Source: Lytechinus pictus (taxonomy: Eukaryota). From it: a stretch of 64,000 bases of DNA. Below the pieces are notes generated by a model that was given only the letters and a program-made list of their open reading frames with translations, searched no databases and was not told the origin of the DNA. The position numbers were made by a program, and so were the translations under genes. Positions 12,307-28,130 of the stretch are shown one piece after another. The stretch lies in assembly GCF_037042905.1 (NCBI RefSeq), contig NC_087252.1, positions 5,830,001 through 5,894,000 on the forward strand, in the 5' to 3' direction. Within the stretch, counting starts at the first letter, position 1, and every line of letters begins with the position of its first letter.

Positions 12307-14153
12307 CTGAAAGAGTACAAATTAAACATTATACAAACCAGCATACATGGCATATGTAATGGTTCAAAAATAATCCGTGTAAACGAATGCAGTTGTCAAT
12401 CATTTAAAGTGCATTTATCGTAATTAAGTTTTAATTGAATAACTACAACCAACAAGGAAAAGGGAGTCCAAAATGTAGATAGAACTAGTAAACAAAAACA
12501 AAAACGCATGTATTTTGCTTAGAATAAATACTCAGAAAGACCTACTTTGTGGAAAGTATTGTCCACCCCCTGTCTCTCTCTCTCTCACACACACACACAC
12601 TCCCCGTAGCAAACCCACATTCACACACATCTAAATATTTTAAACATTTAAATCTTAGCGTAATTGGACATCTGTTTATTTCGATGTTTTGCTTTACTTT
12701 TTTTCCAAGACAAATTAGGTTTTAAATTTTTTTAATGAAAATTCAGAATAAAATAAATCATCATTCCGAACTTCACGAAGTTATTTTGACATTTGTCACA
12801 TTTTCGTTGTTTTCACCATAGTCATTTTTATTTCAATTGTTGAACGTGCTTAAATATCTTCCAGGGTGAGCATTCGTCCTTTGCTTCTACCAATAACACT
12901 GTCCCCGCCCCCGACGCCTTTTACGAGATCATTGCTTCTCATTATTAGAGATATCTCAAAATGAGTTCGAACAGAATCCAATAAAATGACCACCCAAGTG
13001 TTTGCACATATAACAGAAAAGAAAGCCAAATGGCTCTAGAAAAAAATGTAGTTGCTGAGAAATGAGCAAAATAAGCACGGAATTCCATAAAATGTCAGGT
13101 ACTTTCCCCCCTTGAATATCAATGCACAGGCCAATATATTACCTTTTTATGTTAGTGATCATCAGAAGTATCGGTGTTCAACTAAGATTTCCTGATTTCA
13201 CAAAGACAAGTTGATTTCAATACAACATATATCTAGATCTGTGACAACATGATGGCAATTAACCTTTTCTTAAAAGCCTTTTCTGGAAATAATTAACGTT
13301 GGCTGTAATGATTTTCTTTTACCTATTATCAAATAAAAATACATGATTGTTTTGTTTACATTTTCGGGAAAAGGGTGAGTTCTCATCGCCTACTCTACTA
13401 ATACAAACAATTATAATAAAAACCTTTCCTAGATAATAACATAATAAATTTACGACTTTGGATAGGCCGTATGTAGTCCCGTGGTGACTGTAATGGCAAA
13501 GTATAGTAAATCAATTTATTTAGGAAAGATGAATTTCACTTATCTCTTCATCATCGGGGACCTGGCTTTAACGTACTTAGGCAATTATTTCCACGGACTC
13601 ATATACAAAAGGACCATATCCCCATTGTTTATTTAGAAGACATCTAATACTCTCTGGTTACACCAAACGACCCGACCCCCAACCGACCAATCATATGCAA
13701 CTAGTGATGACGTGATCGTTTTGTCGTTCTTAAATATGTTCCGCATGTGTGACAAGAGCATAAGGAATAATCTAACATTAGATATTAATAATAATCAAAA
13801 AGTTCATTTGGAAAAATAGTAAGGATTAAAATTAATGAATTGAAAAAAATATAAACTGGAATTTTAAAAACAAATGCATCGTCTCCTGAAATAACTGTAT
13901 TATGTCGTAAGAAATGTTGCTTTTAGATAAACGCGCTGATTTTGTCGGTCCTCTGGTTGCTTGCTTACAAGCATTCATGCTTTCTTAGCAATCAGGTAAA
14001 AAATCACCACCAATACCAATACCAATACCAATTTGAATTGCATTAGCTAAAGTAGACCTTGCCGGGACTTGATAACCAGGCCGTTACGATACCCGCCAGC
14101 CAAACAAACAAAAATGTATCAAACATTGACATTTTTAACAAAAATATTAATGA

Positions 14154-14455
14154 TACACTGTTAAAAAACCCTGATTTTACAGACAAAAAAGATTTTGCAG
14201 AAAGCAATAACAGAATCATTCTGTAAATTCATAAAACAGGAATTTTTCTGCAATTTAACATAACAGGTCTGTTTAAAAAGGGGGAAAGGGTGTTTTATTA
14301 AAGGAAATTGGTTAGGTTCCATATACCAAATACCAATTTCCTGTAATTTCACGTGAAATAATGTAAGATTACGCAATCTGGTAAGATTACAGGTGTTCTC
14401 GAGACTCTGCTGTAGGAACTTCTTTTATTTCAAGGATAAATTTTCTAGCAGTGTA
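14154..14455 (+). mobile_element. CACTG-terminus non-autonomous DNA transposon (EnSpm/CACTA-like ends), copy 2 of 3
   Basis: TA-CACTGTTAAAAAA ... TTTTCTAGCAGTG-TA terminal inverted repeats; about 300 bp, repeated three times in the window. Confidence 0.85.
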
Positions 14456-17400
14456 CTTCGTCCAAGAAAAAAATTGACAAGCAAGAAACAAAGCAAAACA
14501 ATAAAAAACAAGAAAGGTCTTCATTCTAAGGGGGGGGGGGCACACTTCTCTTTAACGGAATTTTACATTACAAATTTTAAGTGTGTGTCTCTCAAGATGG
14601 GGGGGGGGGCACGGGCCGGGTTTGCCCCCTGGATCTGCCAGCGAAGATAGCAAATCAGTTAACACATTAACACTGACATATTTTATTAAAACCGATATAA
14701 TTCAGGAGTTAGAATGATTCAGAAAATGGAAAATTCAGAGAGTAATATTTGTTTTTTTAATAATCTTTTTGACACATTTCCTCTCGCTTTTCCTGATAAA
14801 ATAAACTTTTATGTATTTATTTAAATTCAATTCGCATGAGGGTCGGATTGGTAAACAACAGCGTTAATAACTATAGCCTGAAACATGTAAATCATATAGG
14901 ACGGATAACTGCTGACATGTTTATGTTACAAAGTAGCTTTTAGCTGAGACAAGCCGTCATTCGTAACTTTATCACTTATTCTAAAACAACGTATATGTTA
15001 TAATTAGACTGATAGAAAATAGAAATCACCTTAAATTACATTGGCATAGGAATATAATTTCAAACGAGTTAACCTTGAGCCAACTTGCCTTCTACAATAC
15101 AAAAATATCTGAATATAGACTGATTTGTAAAAATGAACAGAATACAGAGATAAGGATTGTTATTTTTCGGAGGATTATTCAGACAGCTTTCCTATTTAAT
15201 GATTTGCGCATTTTCAAAATATTTCGCCCGGGTATATCATTGTTGCTGACATTTAATAAAGCGGCATATCAAATGATCTTCACCGTTTGTTCAAATAACA
15301 ATTTATAAACATAATGAATATATATATCAGAAACGATACACATAATTATAAATACATACACTAGAGGCAAGAAGTTTACGTACACCAAGGAAATTCAAAG
15401 AAAATTTAACACATACCAGACATCCTAAAAATTTAATGTATCTATAAAATATTTATGACGAATTTGGAATCAAACAAATGAGTATGTCATGCCCCTTCAT
15501 CGCGTTACTTTGTCATCAGGATCTGAACAATATTTAGGTGTGTCATTTCCCACCCCTCCCCCCAAATCTTCACATTTTAGACAAATTAAAAAAAAAAAAT
15601 CATATTTGTGCTAGTTACTTCTCAACACAAATATTTCAGATTACACTTTTTTGTTAAATGGTGACATATCACCAAAGAAAATGTAATATAAGTGATATAT
15701 TTGACATTTATATATTTCTACGAAAAGATGTGTGAAAATATAACAAACAATAGAATACATTTGGCACGAATTTTTTTTTTTTTCTTCAAAGAAAATCCCA
15801 CTGAAATATGCTTTAATCTCAACGGCATCCCAATCACGTGAAAGCTCTTTGATTGATACCAAATTCGTCATGGTAGTATTCATATTTCTGAAGATATAGT
15901 ACATTTTACGATGATATATATATATATATATATTCATATATTATACATATATGCATATATATGTATGTGTGTGAGTGATTAAAACTCCAAAGTTTATAAG
16001 CGTTTTTCTTTGATGGATTTTGGATTTTGTTCCAACTTTCTTTATTTCATTTATTCCGTTTTCATCTATTTTCACCAAATGCAGTCTGACTTAACATATT
16101 GTACTCTGCCATTTCATTCTGTTTTGTTTAAGAAATTGAGTAGTGTTGACCAAAAGAGGCTGCTCTGTCACTTTCCCGTACTCAATACAAAATACATGTA
16201 TTTACACAAATTCAGTGACACCCTTTCAATAGTCAACTTCTGTTTCAGGACCTCCGCGGTTGTAGCTTCATGAACTTTCACTGAGTTATTATTATATTTG
16301 GGTGTTAATAGTTTGTATACTCATTTTATTTTCCAGTAGTTATAAATGTAGCACTATTTATCACAAGATATTTTGGGGGATTCCGCTTTGCTTTTGACAA
16401 GTATGAAATTATCCTATATCCACAGTTTTTTTTCTTTCTTCCTTGCTCGTGATATTTATTTATTCATTTCATCTTGTTATCATGGTAATATTCCCTAATT
16501 CGTGCTATAGTCTTTCATCACAAATCTGTCTTGTGATCTTCAATAAATTTGTCATCACCCGTTGATGACGTCTATATTTCGTTTGACATGTTTGTGAAGA
16601 TTCATCTTCGAGAGTCTGAGTTGGACTTCATCCGGGTATTCCTGCCCGTCGGTGTAAATTTGAGCAAACATCTCACTTTACAGAGCAAATATCATCACCA
16701 CCATCGATCAATATATAGAACCACACTCCACAAATATCCTATCCAGAGTAGCCTTCAAACACTGCATGCATCTTGCCAACAAAATAGTTGTCATGGTTTT
16801 AAATGCGACGTTACAGATTAAAGCAAAGTAATGAAACCATGACACCTTTATATTAAGACTAGCCGAATATTCATGACATTAGTAACAATTAAAGTTTGTT
16901 CAAATGATTATGAAACACACTTGATTGAAATTATACTGTATAAGATTATTATCACTTTCACTAATTTTGCAATTATTGATAACATTAATTTCCGGCTACG
17001 ATTGATATTGCTATTTTCTTGTAATCGTTACTCTACTCATCATCATGAATTTAAAGTTGTTTGAATATATATATATTATCTAAGTGATATTTTCCCCAAA
17101 TATTCACACACACAACTTTACCTTAAAAGAATAAGGCATATTACATGCTTTACCAAAGAGTGTACGTGTGTTCTAATCTATAGCTCATTGCAATGAACAG
17201 CCAGCACATTGCATCGCACACATACGCACCCCCACACACAACCGTACGCGCGTACCCCAACAACACGCGCCCATATGCGCACACACTCAGTATATATTAG
17301 ACATGTTAGACCACTCGCCAATTCATATTAACATCCTTCAACGACTACACACCCACCAACGCCTACAAACCCACCCTCACCCACACTTCGCACATACACA

Positions 17401-18896
17401 TACACACTATGGATAGATACCTAATGAAATTAGGTCAGACCAAGCCCAGGTATGGGACGCGATAAGTATCCCTCATTAATCTCTTCGGGTCTATGAAAGG
17501 GCTCATTACGCCATGACGAAAATTTAATCACGCGACATGAATATTTAATCACCCATCCTTACTAGTTTATTCATGGTTTATTCAATTTATCATCTCTTAT
17601 ACAGGGCTCTGTAACCTGGCGATGCGAATGCGCCAAACGGTCTATCGGCTGGATGATGGATGAATATTCCATCTCATGGTGATGTAAGAGGGCAAGGATG
17701 GCTATACCGAGTACAGAGTTAGGATCGTATATACAGCTACCTTTGGCGGATATTATCAAAGGTAAAATAGAATAAACAAATTAGAATCATTTTTTTTGTA
17801 TTTCGATTTGAAAGCAAAATATCGCAAACGAGTTTGAAGTGATGAAAGCATCAAATGAAACATACAAGAATAATTTGGTGCCCCAAGTTATCTATTATTG
17901 ATAATACATTTCATATGCAGACAAAATTTTGAATGATTCTTAAATTTGTAAATTCTATTCAGGTGCTAAAAATTATTCGATGTCCCTTTCGATAAAAAAT
18001 ATCTGAGGAATGAAACTAGTAATTTTCTAAGCAAATATCAAGGGCCTCCTTTTAAAGTAGGTAGTCCTGTGTTGCAATTCTGTTTGTTAATGACAGGTAC
18101 ATTATGTTAATGTTTCTCATGTGTTTTAAAGGGATACTTGAATAAAAGAGCACTCGGAGAAAAACATATTAGGAGGGTTGATGCACTTCATTCTTACAGC
18201 ACAGATCGAGGTGTAATAGCAAGAAAGAACACTTAATAGATGTGCAATGCATGAAATATCATAATTTTATATATTTTTTCGTTATAGAAAAATAATTTAT
18301 ACGTGAGAAAATGATTAGCCATTAGTGACGTCATAATAACATTTGCTAAATGCACAAAACACATTCACGCTTGTACAAATATCGTATGGAAAACATCTTA
18401 CGCGTTATAATGATCTTTCCAAGATGTTTGCTCTGTGTAAAACAAAATTGAATCTGGAAATAAAGATGAAATTTCCTCGCTAACAAATTGTCATAATTGG
18501 ATGGAGACGTCTTAAAGGTCACTCTTGAAAAGAGGATTGTCAATTTCGGAGGATTAAAAAATAGGATTTTCATTTTGTGTGTGCATTACTTGAAAGGGAT
18601 TTTCGTATTTCATAAGGAGTCAAATTGGACGTTGGTAATGCATACGAAAAGAACGATACTGGTAGTAATATATTGCATGATTGTAAACGATATTGATGTT
18701 CATGTGCTTGCGATGAGTTCATGCTAAAAGAATGTCTTTTGAAAAAGAATATATATTTTTACGTCTTCGAGATGTTAGATGAGGTAATTAGTAATTATAA
18801 ACTTAGTGAAAACCATCTATTGCCTATAATGCTGCCAGGATTGGTATAAACATGTAGACATTTACCAGAATAGCAGTAATCGCTTTAGTTAATATT

Positions 18897-19556
18897 TGAA
18901 GAGTTTGGTTGCAAAAGAGGTTAGATCCATTTTGGACCATTCGGAGAAAAATCACGCTTTTTTGTTCTCCCATATTGCAATATCAAATGGATCCAATTCC
19001 TTTTGAATAAAATTTCTTGGCCACTTTTATTCACGTTTTAATAGGAATTTCAAACTTTCTTTGGTATCATCAGAGCCTCTAAAAATATTTAGGCTTATAC
19101 AAAAAAAAAATCATAAAAAATATATATATCCCCTTTTGACAAATGAGCTCTTCAAAAGAGGTTGTTTGCATAAGGGGTAAGATCCACCCCTAAGAAAGTA
19201 TTTTTTTGTAATTCTCCCACATTGCATTAAAGCCATTATTCATATGCGAAACTAAACTTCCATGATACCCTACCACGTGAACATAAAATTGGGTATAAAA
19301 GAAATTTAATTTTCTTCATATTTTCTTAATATTCTTTTCCAAAAAAAATATTGGTGCATCTAAACCCTTTTGCAAGCAAACTGAAATGGATTAACCCCTT
19401 TTGAAAACAAAAAAAGTAATTTTTCTTCACTTTATAATGAAAGGGAAATTCAATTTCTTTTTGGCATCATCCTATAGAGCAATTAAAAGTCTATACATTG
19501 ACACACAAAAAAATGATGAAAAATGGATCTAACCCCTTTTGCAATCTATCTCTTCA
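18897..19556. mobile_element. Non-autonomous DNA transposon with ~37-bp TIRs and internal copies of the TIR motif
   Basis: tgaagagtttggttgcaaaagaggttagatccatttt pairs with aaaatggatctaaccccttttgcaatctatctcttca; the motif recurs internally. Confidence 0.7.
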
Positions 19557-22500
19557 TTTACATTTTACGCTTGATTAATGGCAGTTATCTTTTATAAAAA
19601 AAATCGCATAGATCGTGGGTGAAAATCGTTATGTGCGGTCTTATATCCCATAGGTTTCCTTTTGAGGTTGAATTCGAATGCATTGTTTGAAATTATATCA
19701 GTCTGTATTGTGAAATAATATAATCAATATCAGGTGTATGATAAATGTACACTATTGCCGTTAAATTAGATTCCGGATAAACATTTCAAAATGCATTTTA
19801 TATAAGATGAACTTTTAAAGTCAGGTTATTTTGGCCGATAAACAGCTTAAACCATCATCTTTCAATTTTGTTTAATTCATTGTTGATAGTTAAAAAGGCA
19901 TAGGTAGGTAATTAGTTATTTCCTAATTCTAATGAATCATAGGGAGAGCGAGAGGGAGGGGGGCTGGAATATGACGGTTAAATGATGAAGCATTAACTAC
20001 CATAAATTTTTAAGATGATGAAAACAGGACATTATTTTTATTGGTTATTACAATATAAAGTAGTTTTTCAATACTTTATTTCTCAACAGCGACATACTCC
20101 TACACATACATTACGGTTAGGAAATATAAGCAGACTTTAATGCTTTAAACATGACTAAGTTTGGTGAATAAAAGGCGGGTGAATTTTGCATCCATTTGAG
20201 CTCTCATAATTACATGTATTAATCTTTATTTAGTTTTGCATCAGGCAGGAACGAGTCGGGCTCTCATGAATATTTCTCATCTTTATTCAACACAAAAAAA
20301 ACAATGAGAAGTGCTACCAAATGTGTACTAAAAAATACTTGTGCATTATGTGCGATATATAAATGCATTGACTGAAAGCAACCTTGCAATTACGCGAATA
20401 GTACGAAGAGAAACGATCTACAAGCTTCAGTTGATTTCTAAACGTCATAGTTTAAAATCGAACCGGTAAATAATCTTCTTGATGCCGAATGTCATTTCAA
20501 TACATTTCCCTCATTTCTCCTAACTATACACCTTGTATTATTTAGCTAGTTACATGCCCTAATAGATAAGATGCATATAATGGAAGAAAAACCCAAGTCA
20601 GTGACCTGTAAATAAAACTAAACTACCATGACTACACAGGATGGCGACTTTTCGTTAGGGACACTATACCAACACACCTAGCCGGAGGGCAAAATCCTCC
20701 TTTTGGTAACCTTATACTCTGGTGTAATGACAATTTTCATTTTGAACCACGAATATCAAAATGCTATCACCGGGTTCTCAATCAGAATATGCCCTTTTCT
20801 GAAGTAGTAGGGTGGCGGACCTTTATTGGACAGCGTGGTAACTGTTGCATGCCGTGGGTCACCTTCCATGTACTCAAACAATATTATTGAAGCTGGTGGA
20901 ATATAGCCATGGTATCAACGTTTCCTTGTACGTAAATTGAGCAGTCTTTGAATGGTTTTATCCCAATATTGTGTCCAGCAAAATCCCGAGGTGAGGTTCA
21001 AGGGAATGAACTTAATATTTTTTTTTATTTTACGATAAAAATAATCCTCAATTTCCCACCACACACATACACAAACTCTTAAGGATTCTAAACTCTATGC
21101 ATACTTTGAACTCGCCTTTTCGTTATTTTACACCTAGGCCTATTCATTTACATTCTCGCCCCAAATTATCAAAGTTGATTTTTTTTTCTGTGATATCGTA
21201 TTAATCTGCGTGACGGAATGCACCGAATATGTAATAATATTAATACTAATAATATATAATTTGTGCATAGTGCATTACGCCTTATTATCATAACATCTCA
21301 ATGCGCTTCCAGAGGACTTGGATATTTTTACCCTTGCTTTATAGTTTGGCGGCCGCAATTATTTACAGCACAATTTGATTTCGATTTTGGTCATTTTTTG
21401 GAAGTAGGCATTTGCAAATATTGAGGGGGGGGCAGAGTCTTGAATTTGTGTGTGCTCATCAATACAGACTCAGTACACTGATGACATTTATGTGAAGATA
21501 GATGTAAACGAAGATGTCCTCTGTCTGTTAAGCAATTTTACGAAACAGGGCCAGTATTATACTGTTCAATTAGCATGAACACAACGTTTATCAAATTACC
21601 AATATTTCAGCTTGAACCCTGTATATATTTGATATACATTTTCACCTTTTAGCCGAGAAGCCCAAAGTATAGCCGTGGCGGCAGATAATTAATTCAAATG
21701 AGATTGGCTCCAGAAATAACTACCCCCTTGTTGCATATCCGAAGAGATAATTACAACTGGTCCCAAGTTATTGATGACCGGACTACACATATAAAACAAG
21801 AAATAATTTAAACACACTTCATTCAAATTAAGAAATAAAAATATAATAATAATCATTTGCTGCTTGATTTCATTGACGTTGCTTATATTGTTAGTTAAAT
21901 TTTGATATATCACTGGGGTAGGCGCTGTACCATATTGAATATTAATACTATAAATTGGATAATATAGATGTAAATGTCGATAATTTCGCCTCTAGGCAAT
22001 ATGATCATCTGTGTTGTATCCCCAAGCTAAATCAATTACAGTTTGAGCAAACCAAGTTGCTATTTTTAAGGACACTCTACATAATATGAGTTACTGCCAC
22101 CGTTTACGTATTTTCCCCCTTTTTTTTTTGAAATTCAAGTCCAATCGTGTTCGTAATGGTTGTATCTGTCTCAGATGCGAATAATTGTATAGAACATGTA
22201 GAAGGACGGCCGCATTTCACCTACTGTTCTTTATTACATATTGAATTTACGATTGTATTTAATTTTGTTTGTTTTAATTTCATTTAATTTCATGATATTA
22301 CATTGATCGACTGATCTTTCTTCCGATAGGAATAGGGCCGATAATAGGTTACGTTCAAAACGAACACGTCTTCAGCATCCTTCCGTGATATGGGGCCCGT
22401 TAAAACAAAGAGTTCTGTTTAAACGTTACACAGGAAATCAATTGCAAGTCCCTTATAATGCGCGTTAATTGGTTAAAAACCAAGTTGAGTTGGATTTTCA

Positions 22501-25500
22501 GAGTTGCGTTTGATTGCATCTCTATACCCCGATGGAAGCAAACGAGCATTTTCGGAGGCGTTTTAAAGGAAAATAGAACAGGAAGGAAGTTTGATAGGCA
22601 AGGAGATGAAGTAAAACGGAAGTAAGATATATTCGGGGCTCGGTATGCTATTTCGTAAAAAAAAATCATTGAGGCGAGTATATAGCCTGATGAACTCTTT
22701 TCATAAGAACATCATTAAAAATTGATAAAGGATAACTACGCGTTTCCCTTTCACGAATGTCATCACGATCAGATGACTTCAAACCGTGTACGTAATGGGA
22801 GTATGCTAATGCATGGCGATTATACCAAATAACACTTTCTTCTGAATTTGAAGGTCTTACATTTTTATTCCGCCGTTTTTAGTGTTTTTTGCTTTTTTTG
22901 TAATCTACTTTTAGAAACAATTGTCTGTTAGTATAGAACCTCATCACACATTTACTCAAACACCATGCCGAATGTGGCACCGGAACTTACTATTCGCAAT
23001 GTCCATTTTTAGATATATGTCAAAAGGCACCTTTTTTCGAGCACAGGTTAAATCTGTCCCTGGCTATGGGGTATGAGCATGTCAAAAGAGCAACTAAGAG
23101 GAAAATTTAGGCAAATGAGTAAAATTGTTGATGGCGTGTTCTAATTTGGAGTTCGTTTTGCTTGCGGGCGTTGCCCAACGTATCGTTTAACCTATATACC
23201 TTCAATTATAATGAAATAGATATGGCTGTTGGGTTTTGCCTTTCAGTTTTACACGTGTAGGTGCCAGAAGTACTATTGCTGGCTGTGACACCTCATCGTG
23301 GAAAATCGCCATTCCTCCGCTGTCCAAAATTTGTTTTAAAACTAACTAGTCGTGGAGGCCGGCCTATATGTTAATCAATGGTAGAAGTTATTCCCAGTTT
23401 AGTCCACCTATTGATAGCATGGTTGCAAACTAAATCAAATCTAAAGATTGGGTTTCCGTGCGTGATTGCTCTTTATTTCTTACCTTTGTTTTTATTTATC
23501 ATATAGACAAATAGGGTGTACGTAATGTTCATATTAACCCTTACATTTTAAAACTTGATTAACCTAGGATTTGTATTTTATGTAGCTAAGTTTGAGCTTT
23601 AGCAAAAGTAAATTTCCTTTCTTGGACCTCCTTCCTCTATCTGGGCCGGGCAGATGTTCGTGCTACTTAGGATAGTTTTCAACGAGTTACCAATAACAAT
23701 AGCCTCTTTGTTAATAGTGATGTCCGTCTCAAGTATGCATTTACCTGTCCTTCCCAAGATTTCAAATTAATTACGTATCCCTCAAGACAATGCCTGTTTC
23801 ATTATCCGGTTAACAAGTATGACCTCCTTTACATTCCACCTGATTTTAAAATTCTAAAACAAAAGATAGACACCGATAAATAATCTCCTATTCCGTGTCC
23901 TATAGGAGCACGTGCACAGGTGTGGGTGTGGTGCCGGATCATTTGACTACAGCAGCACAAGGCCTGGTGTTCACCCCAATCTTAAGGCATATTCAATAGG
24001 TAATGGAACCCAAAGTCTCATTCTAAAATGAATTTTCTTTTCAACAATGGGTAAACCGTTGATATTACCTGGCCAGCATCAGTTGACGCATCCACAAGAT
24101 GCTTACGGTCAACGAAACTGTTTTCAATGGTAGGGTTACATAATTAATAAGTTTTAAATATAAATCTTGTAAAGTGGATCGATAGCAGGATTCCTTAATT
24201 GTAAAGAAGTATCATTGAAAAACACATGCTGTGGTACATGTAACTTTTTATAGCATGTTCAAAATATTCTGTTATCAAGGAAGGCACGCAATATACATGA
24301 TATAACTGGTCCGAATAACGGCAGGTGCTCTCAAAAGAGCAGGGGTTAGGGCCCCATCTGTCTTCGTGCATACATTCAGTAGTTTGTATTGCCGCGAAGT
24401 TCTTGACATCGCAGGTAGGAACGAGACGGTAAAAAGAGAAGAATTCCCATGGTATCTGGCAGTTACCGCCAACATGGATTGTATTATGACCAAGGTATCG
24501 GGCCAAATGTATTGAATATTCTATTCTCGTAAAATTTAGTCAAATAAACCGAACATAAACAATGGTTTGTGCTATACAGCTACATACAGAAGTATAAAAA
24601 ATATCACAAGATCCAACATTTGCTTAAAAGAATAATATGCGTACGAAACTTCATTTGCTTAACACGACCTCGTCCAGATCTCCCGTTTCCGCGGGCTCTG
24701 CAATGCAATGTTTCTAAAAATCTTATTTTCTGCTTTTTGCATAAATTTGCATATTTGGTGCACAATAATGGATGTTTCATGAGGCGTAACATATCACATT
24801 TGAAGCAGCTTGCTTTCCCGATCATGACAGCACTCACTTTAATGAATATTGGCGAAAAGTGTAATATTACAGACAAAAACTAATTCTTAGGGATATTAAA
24901 TATTAATGCTTCATGGGGTTTTCCCCAAATTTTCATCATTATGTTTGTTTTTATTCTCTGATTTCAAACTAGAGTGAGCATGTATTAATATAATGTTGTT
25001 TTCTTTTTTAAATCCTTATTAATCCATCGGAACTACTGTAGTATCAAATTGCATAGAATATTTGATTGATGAGGAAGGGATGAGAGCTTCCGTTTCTGTC
25101 GTGAATTCAAACACTATTCAGTGCATAACATCATGTTGTCGTAGTTCCATGATAACATCAATTTGGGATGACACTTCATGACAGTCATTTAGCCATAGAT
25201 GTTCTATTTCGGTCAATTTACTTATTTGCTTGCAAACATTATCATGTTTCTCTTTTTATCAAGTACAATCCTGTCAAATCCTAGTTCTGGTAAAAGTCTA
25301 TGACAGTGATGGGTTTCGGCAAAGGGTAGATGTATTAACAGAGCTCCAAATGTGTGATGTTGAAAGTTTACGTAATGTACAATTATCGGGATAGTTAACC
25401 CAGTTGTGTATCCGATTATCCTGGCAGGTGTTGTGTACGGAAAGAATCAGAATACAAAGATCTTTGCATTTTTTTTTTATTGTATTTCAACAGTTATTTG

Positions 25501-27809
25501 AGACCAAGGGTGGTCTGTACATGTATAAAAAACAAATCTTCAAGAAAGCTAATGTGTAGGTGTCATTATATAACCCGAAATCCAGTCCTAGTTTTATTTA
25601 TGTTTTAAACAAAAATCACTATTTTCTGTAAATTCATTATGATTTAACCAATTAGTAAGGATAACTGTTTTGAAAAATGTGGTGGCACTGGCTGAAGGAA
25701 TATATGTTAATAAAATGACTAATTAAAAAAGTTTACATGTATGGGATATTGATTGTCAAGTATTTTTTTGTATTAGTATTTATGAAAATCATTCAGTTCA
25801 AAATCATACAAGTTATAGTTTATCAATAAAACACTGTTCACAAAGTCAAATGATTATTCATAATACAAAACATGTACGAAAAACCCAGAATATAACATTC
25901 AAATCATCTAGAACAAAGAAAATACTTGGTGTGAAGAGATGTAATGTACAGGTGCAATCGATCACTATGTGGCAGAGTGGTAACTGACTATTGCTTGAAT
26001 TTGTTACAAGGGGGGGATGCTGTTACCCCTTTACCACCATGACCATTACTTGCCGTATTTTCAAGAGCCATCAGGCTGACCAACATTATACGATTCATCT
26101 CAATAATCATTTGAATAAAAATAAGCCTTTTTTTTCCAAACTTCTTTAAGACCCAGCCCCATCACCCCTCCAATCCGGTTTAGGGGTTCGCAATATCAGT
26201 TTTTCACTCAATTTTCGTTAACATACTTAGTTAAAGTGGTGTAATTTTGATCAGGACACCGATCTGTTTCAAATAGGATATGTCACGTATTGTAACATCA
26301 TCTACTTATCTCGCACCCTAAGTCAGATATGCAAATTGCTGCAAGAAAATTGAGAAAATTCGTTTAAAATTGTATCAACATGATCAAGTGAGTTTCCAAT
26401 TATCTGCGACTTTTCCTTTATGCATAAATGGGTCCATTGGTCCCTAAACATGGATAAAGGCCCCAAATGCTCGTGAATATTCAATAGATAAATAAGTTAT
26501 TGGGGGTTGCCGATTTCTTAGAAAATGGCGTCCATCTTAGATTGTGGCCCGTATACTTTTTTGCGGAAACCGAGATAATTGTATTTTTTAATGAAGTATT
26601 CAAGTAGGGTAATAGTCATGTAGAGATAGGGTAAAAGGTAAGAAATAAAAAAACTGCTCCTTAAGTAAAATGACGGGGGAAAATGTATTACCACTGTGTG
26701 TGTAGCTCACCCCTGTTGCAAACATAATTGCATGTATGCCTCAGAAAACATATTTTGTTTTCAAAAGCCAAATGATACAAGTAGAAAGGGTCTAGCACAC
26801 GGCTACAAAAGTGATTTTGACTAGCCATGAATTCCCTCTATTTTTCATTTTAGAGACCGAGATATTATGATAAATCATTTCCTCATCAAATTGTTGCCTT
26901 CCCAAGTCGGGTGTATAATGGAATTTTAATATTCCTCTGATGGAGTTTACATCATAAGAACGGGATGGAAAACCAGTCATCCGAAATTCATGACTTACAA
27001 GGAATAATGGAAAACACATCCTTAGCATGTCACTATACATTAGGTAGAAGAGACATATTATTCCTACGCCACGATATTTTTCTTCCATGTTGGTGTATTC
27101 CAGCCGTCTGGCTATTTCTAACAGATATCTTAAGTTGTCGTTGTCGTTTTCGAATCTGTTTTTTTTTTTCTGTACTATACATAATTTCGCACAATTTGTT
27201 TTTTTATAGATATGCTAAGCATTCGCATTCACCCAGCATGAGTATTTTCCCCCATTTTTTTGTTTTTGTTTGTTTGACCTGGATATGAACTCTTAAATGC
27301 CTTTTTTCTGTAATTATAATCCATAACCTATAAGAAAAGTAATATAAAGTGAATAAGAAAACTTGCACTTATTTTTTTTCTTCTGTTCTGTACAAATTGG
27401 TTGAATACGTTAATACGTGTATCAATAGTATATTAGGCCCATTTCCTTTATTCGTTTCTTTTATCCTGAAGGGGGCCAGTGATACCCCTTTTTTCTCGGT
27501 CTTTCGGGAAGAGTGGACCACTGTGAGCCGAAGATGATGCAACTAATGCATACAACTACAGGACGTGTACCCTCCTTATTTTTCCATTTTGTATATACTT
27601 GTGGGACTTTTACATCGAAATTCATAGAGAATATTCGTCCCTTCCTCTTCACTTTTGTTCATTAAGAAGCTGCCACTTCCCGTTGCCTTAACATGCTTAA
27701 CTTTCTGTCATCAGACCCTCTTATAAATATACACTGCGAGTAAAATCTTGCCAGCACCTGACGCACAATTTAAATAAAAACCACCAGGAGTTAAGCGGGT
27801 ACCTTCCAA

Positions 27810-28130
27810 ACTAAATTGGATTGTGTTAGTGAGATGAACGCAGAGTGATAAAGTAGGATCCCTTCGGGGGGATATCCCAAGTCATTGCCGGTGTCACATC
27901 GCAACCAGACAGCCGTTTCGGATTCGTTTTCTTCAGGTAGTAAACTATGTTCCGGCCGCAAGGCGCAGTTACATACAAAACAATTTACTGCTGTATTGTA
28001 TAAGTTGAGATATTTAATTCATGTATATGTGAAGCGCATAGATATATATATATATATGACTTGGGATATCCCCCAAAGGGATCATACTTTATCACTCTGC
28101 GTTTATCTCACTAACACAATCCAATTTAGT
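27810..28130. mobile_element. MITE with ~75-bp near-perfect inverted repeats
   Basis: actaaattggattgtgttagtgagat...gatatcccaagtcat pairs with atgacttgggatatc...atctcactaacacaatccaatttagt. Confidence 0.8.
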
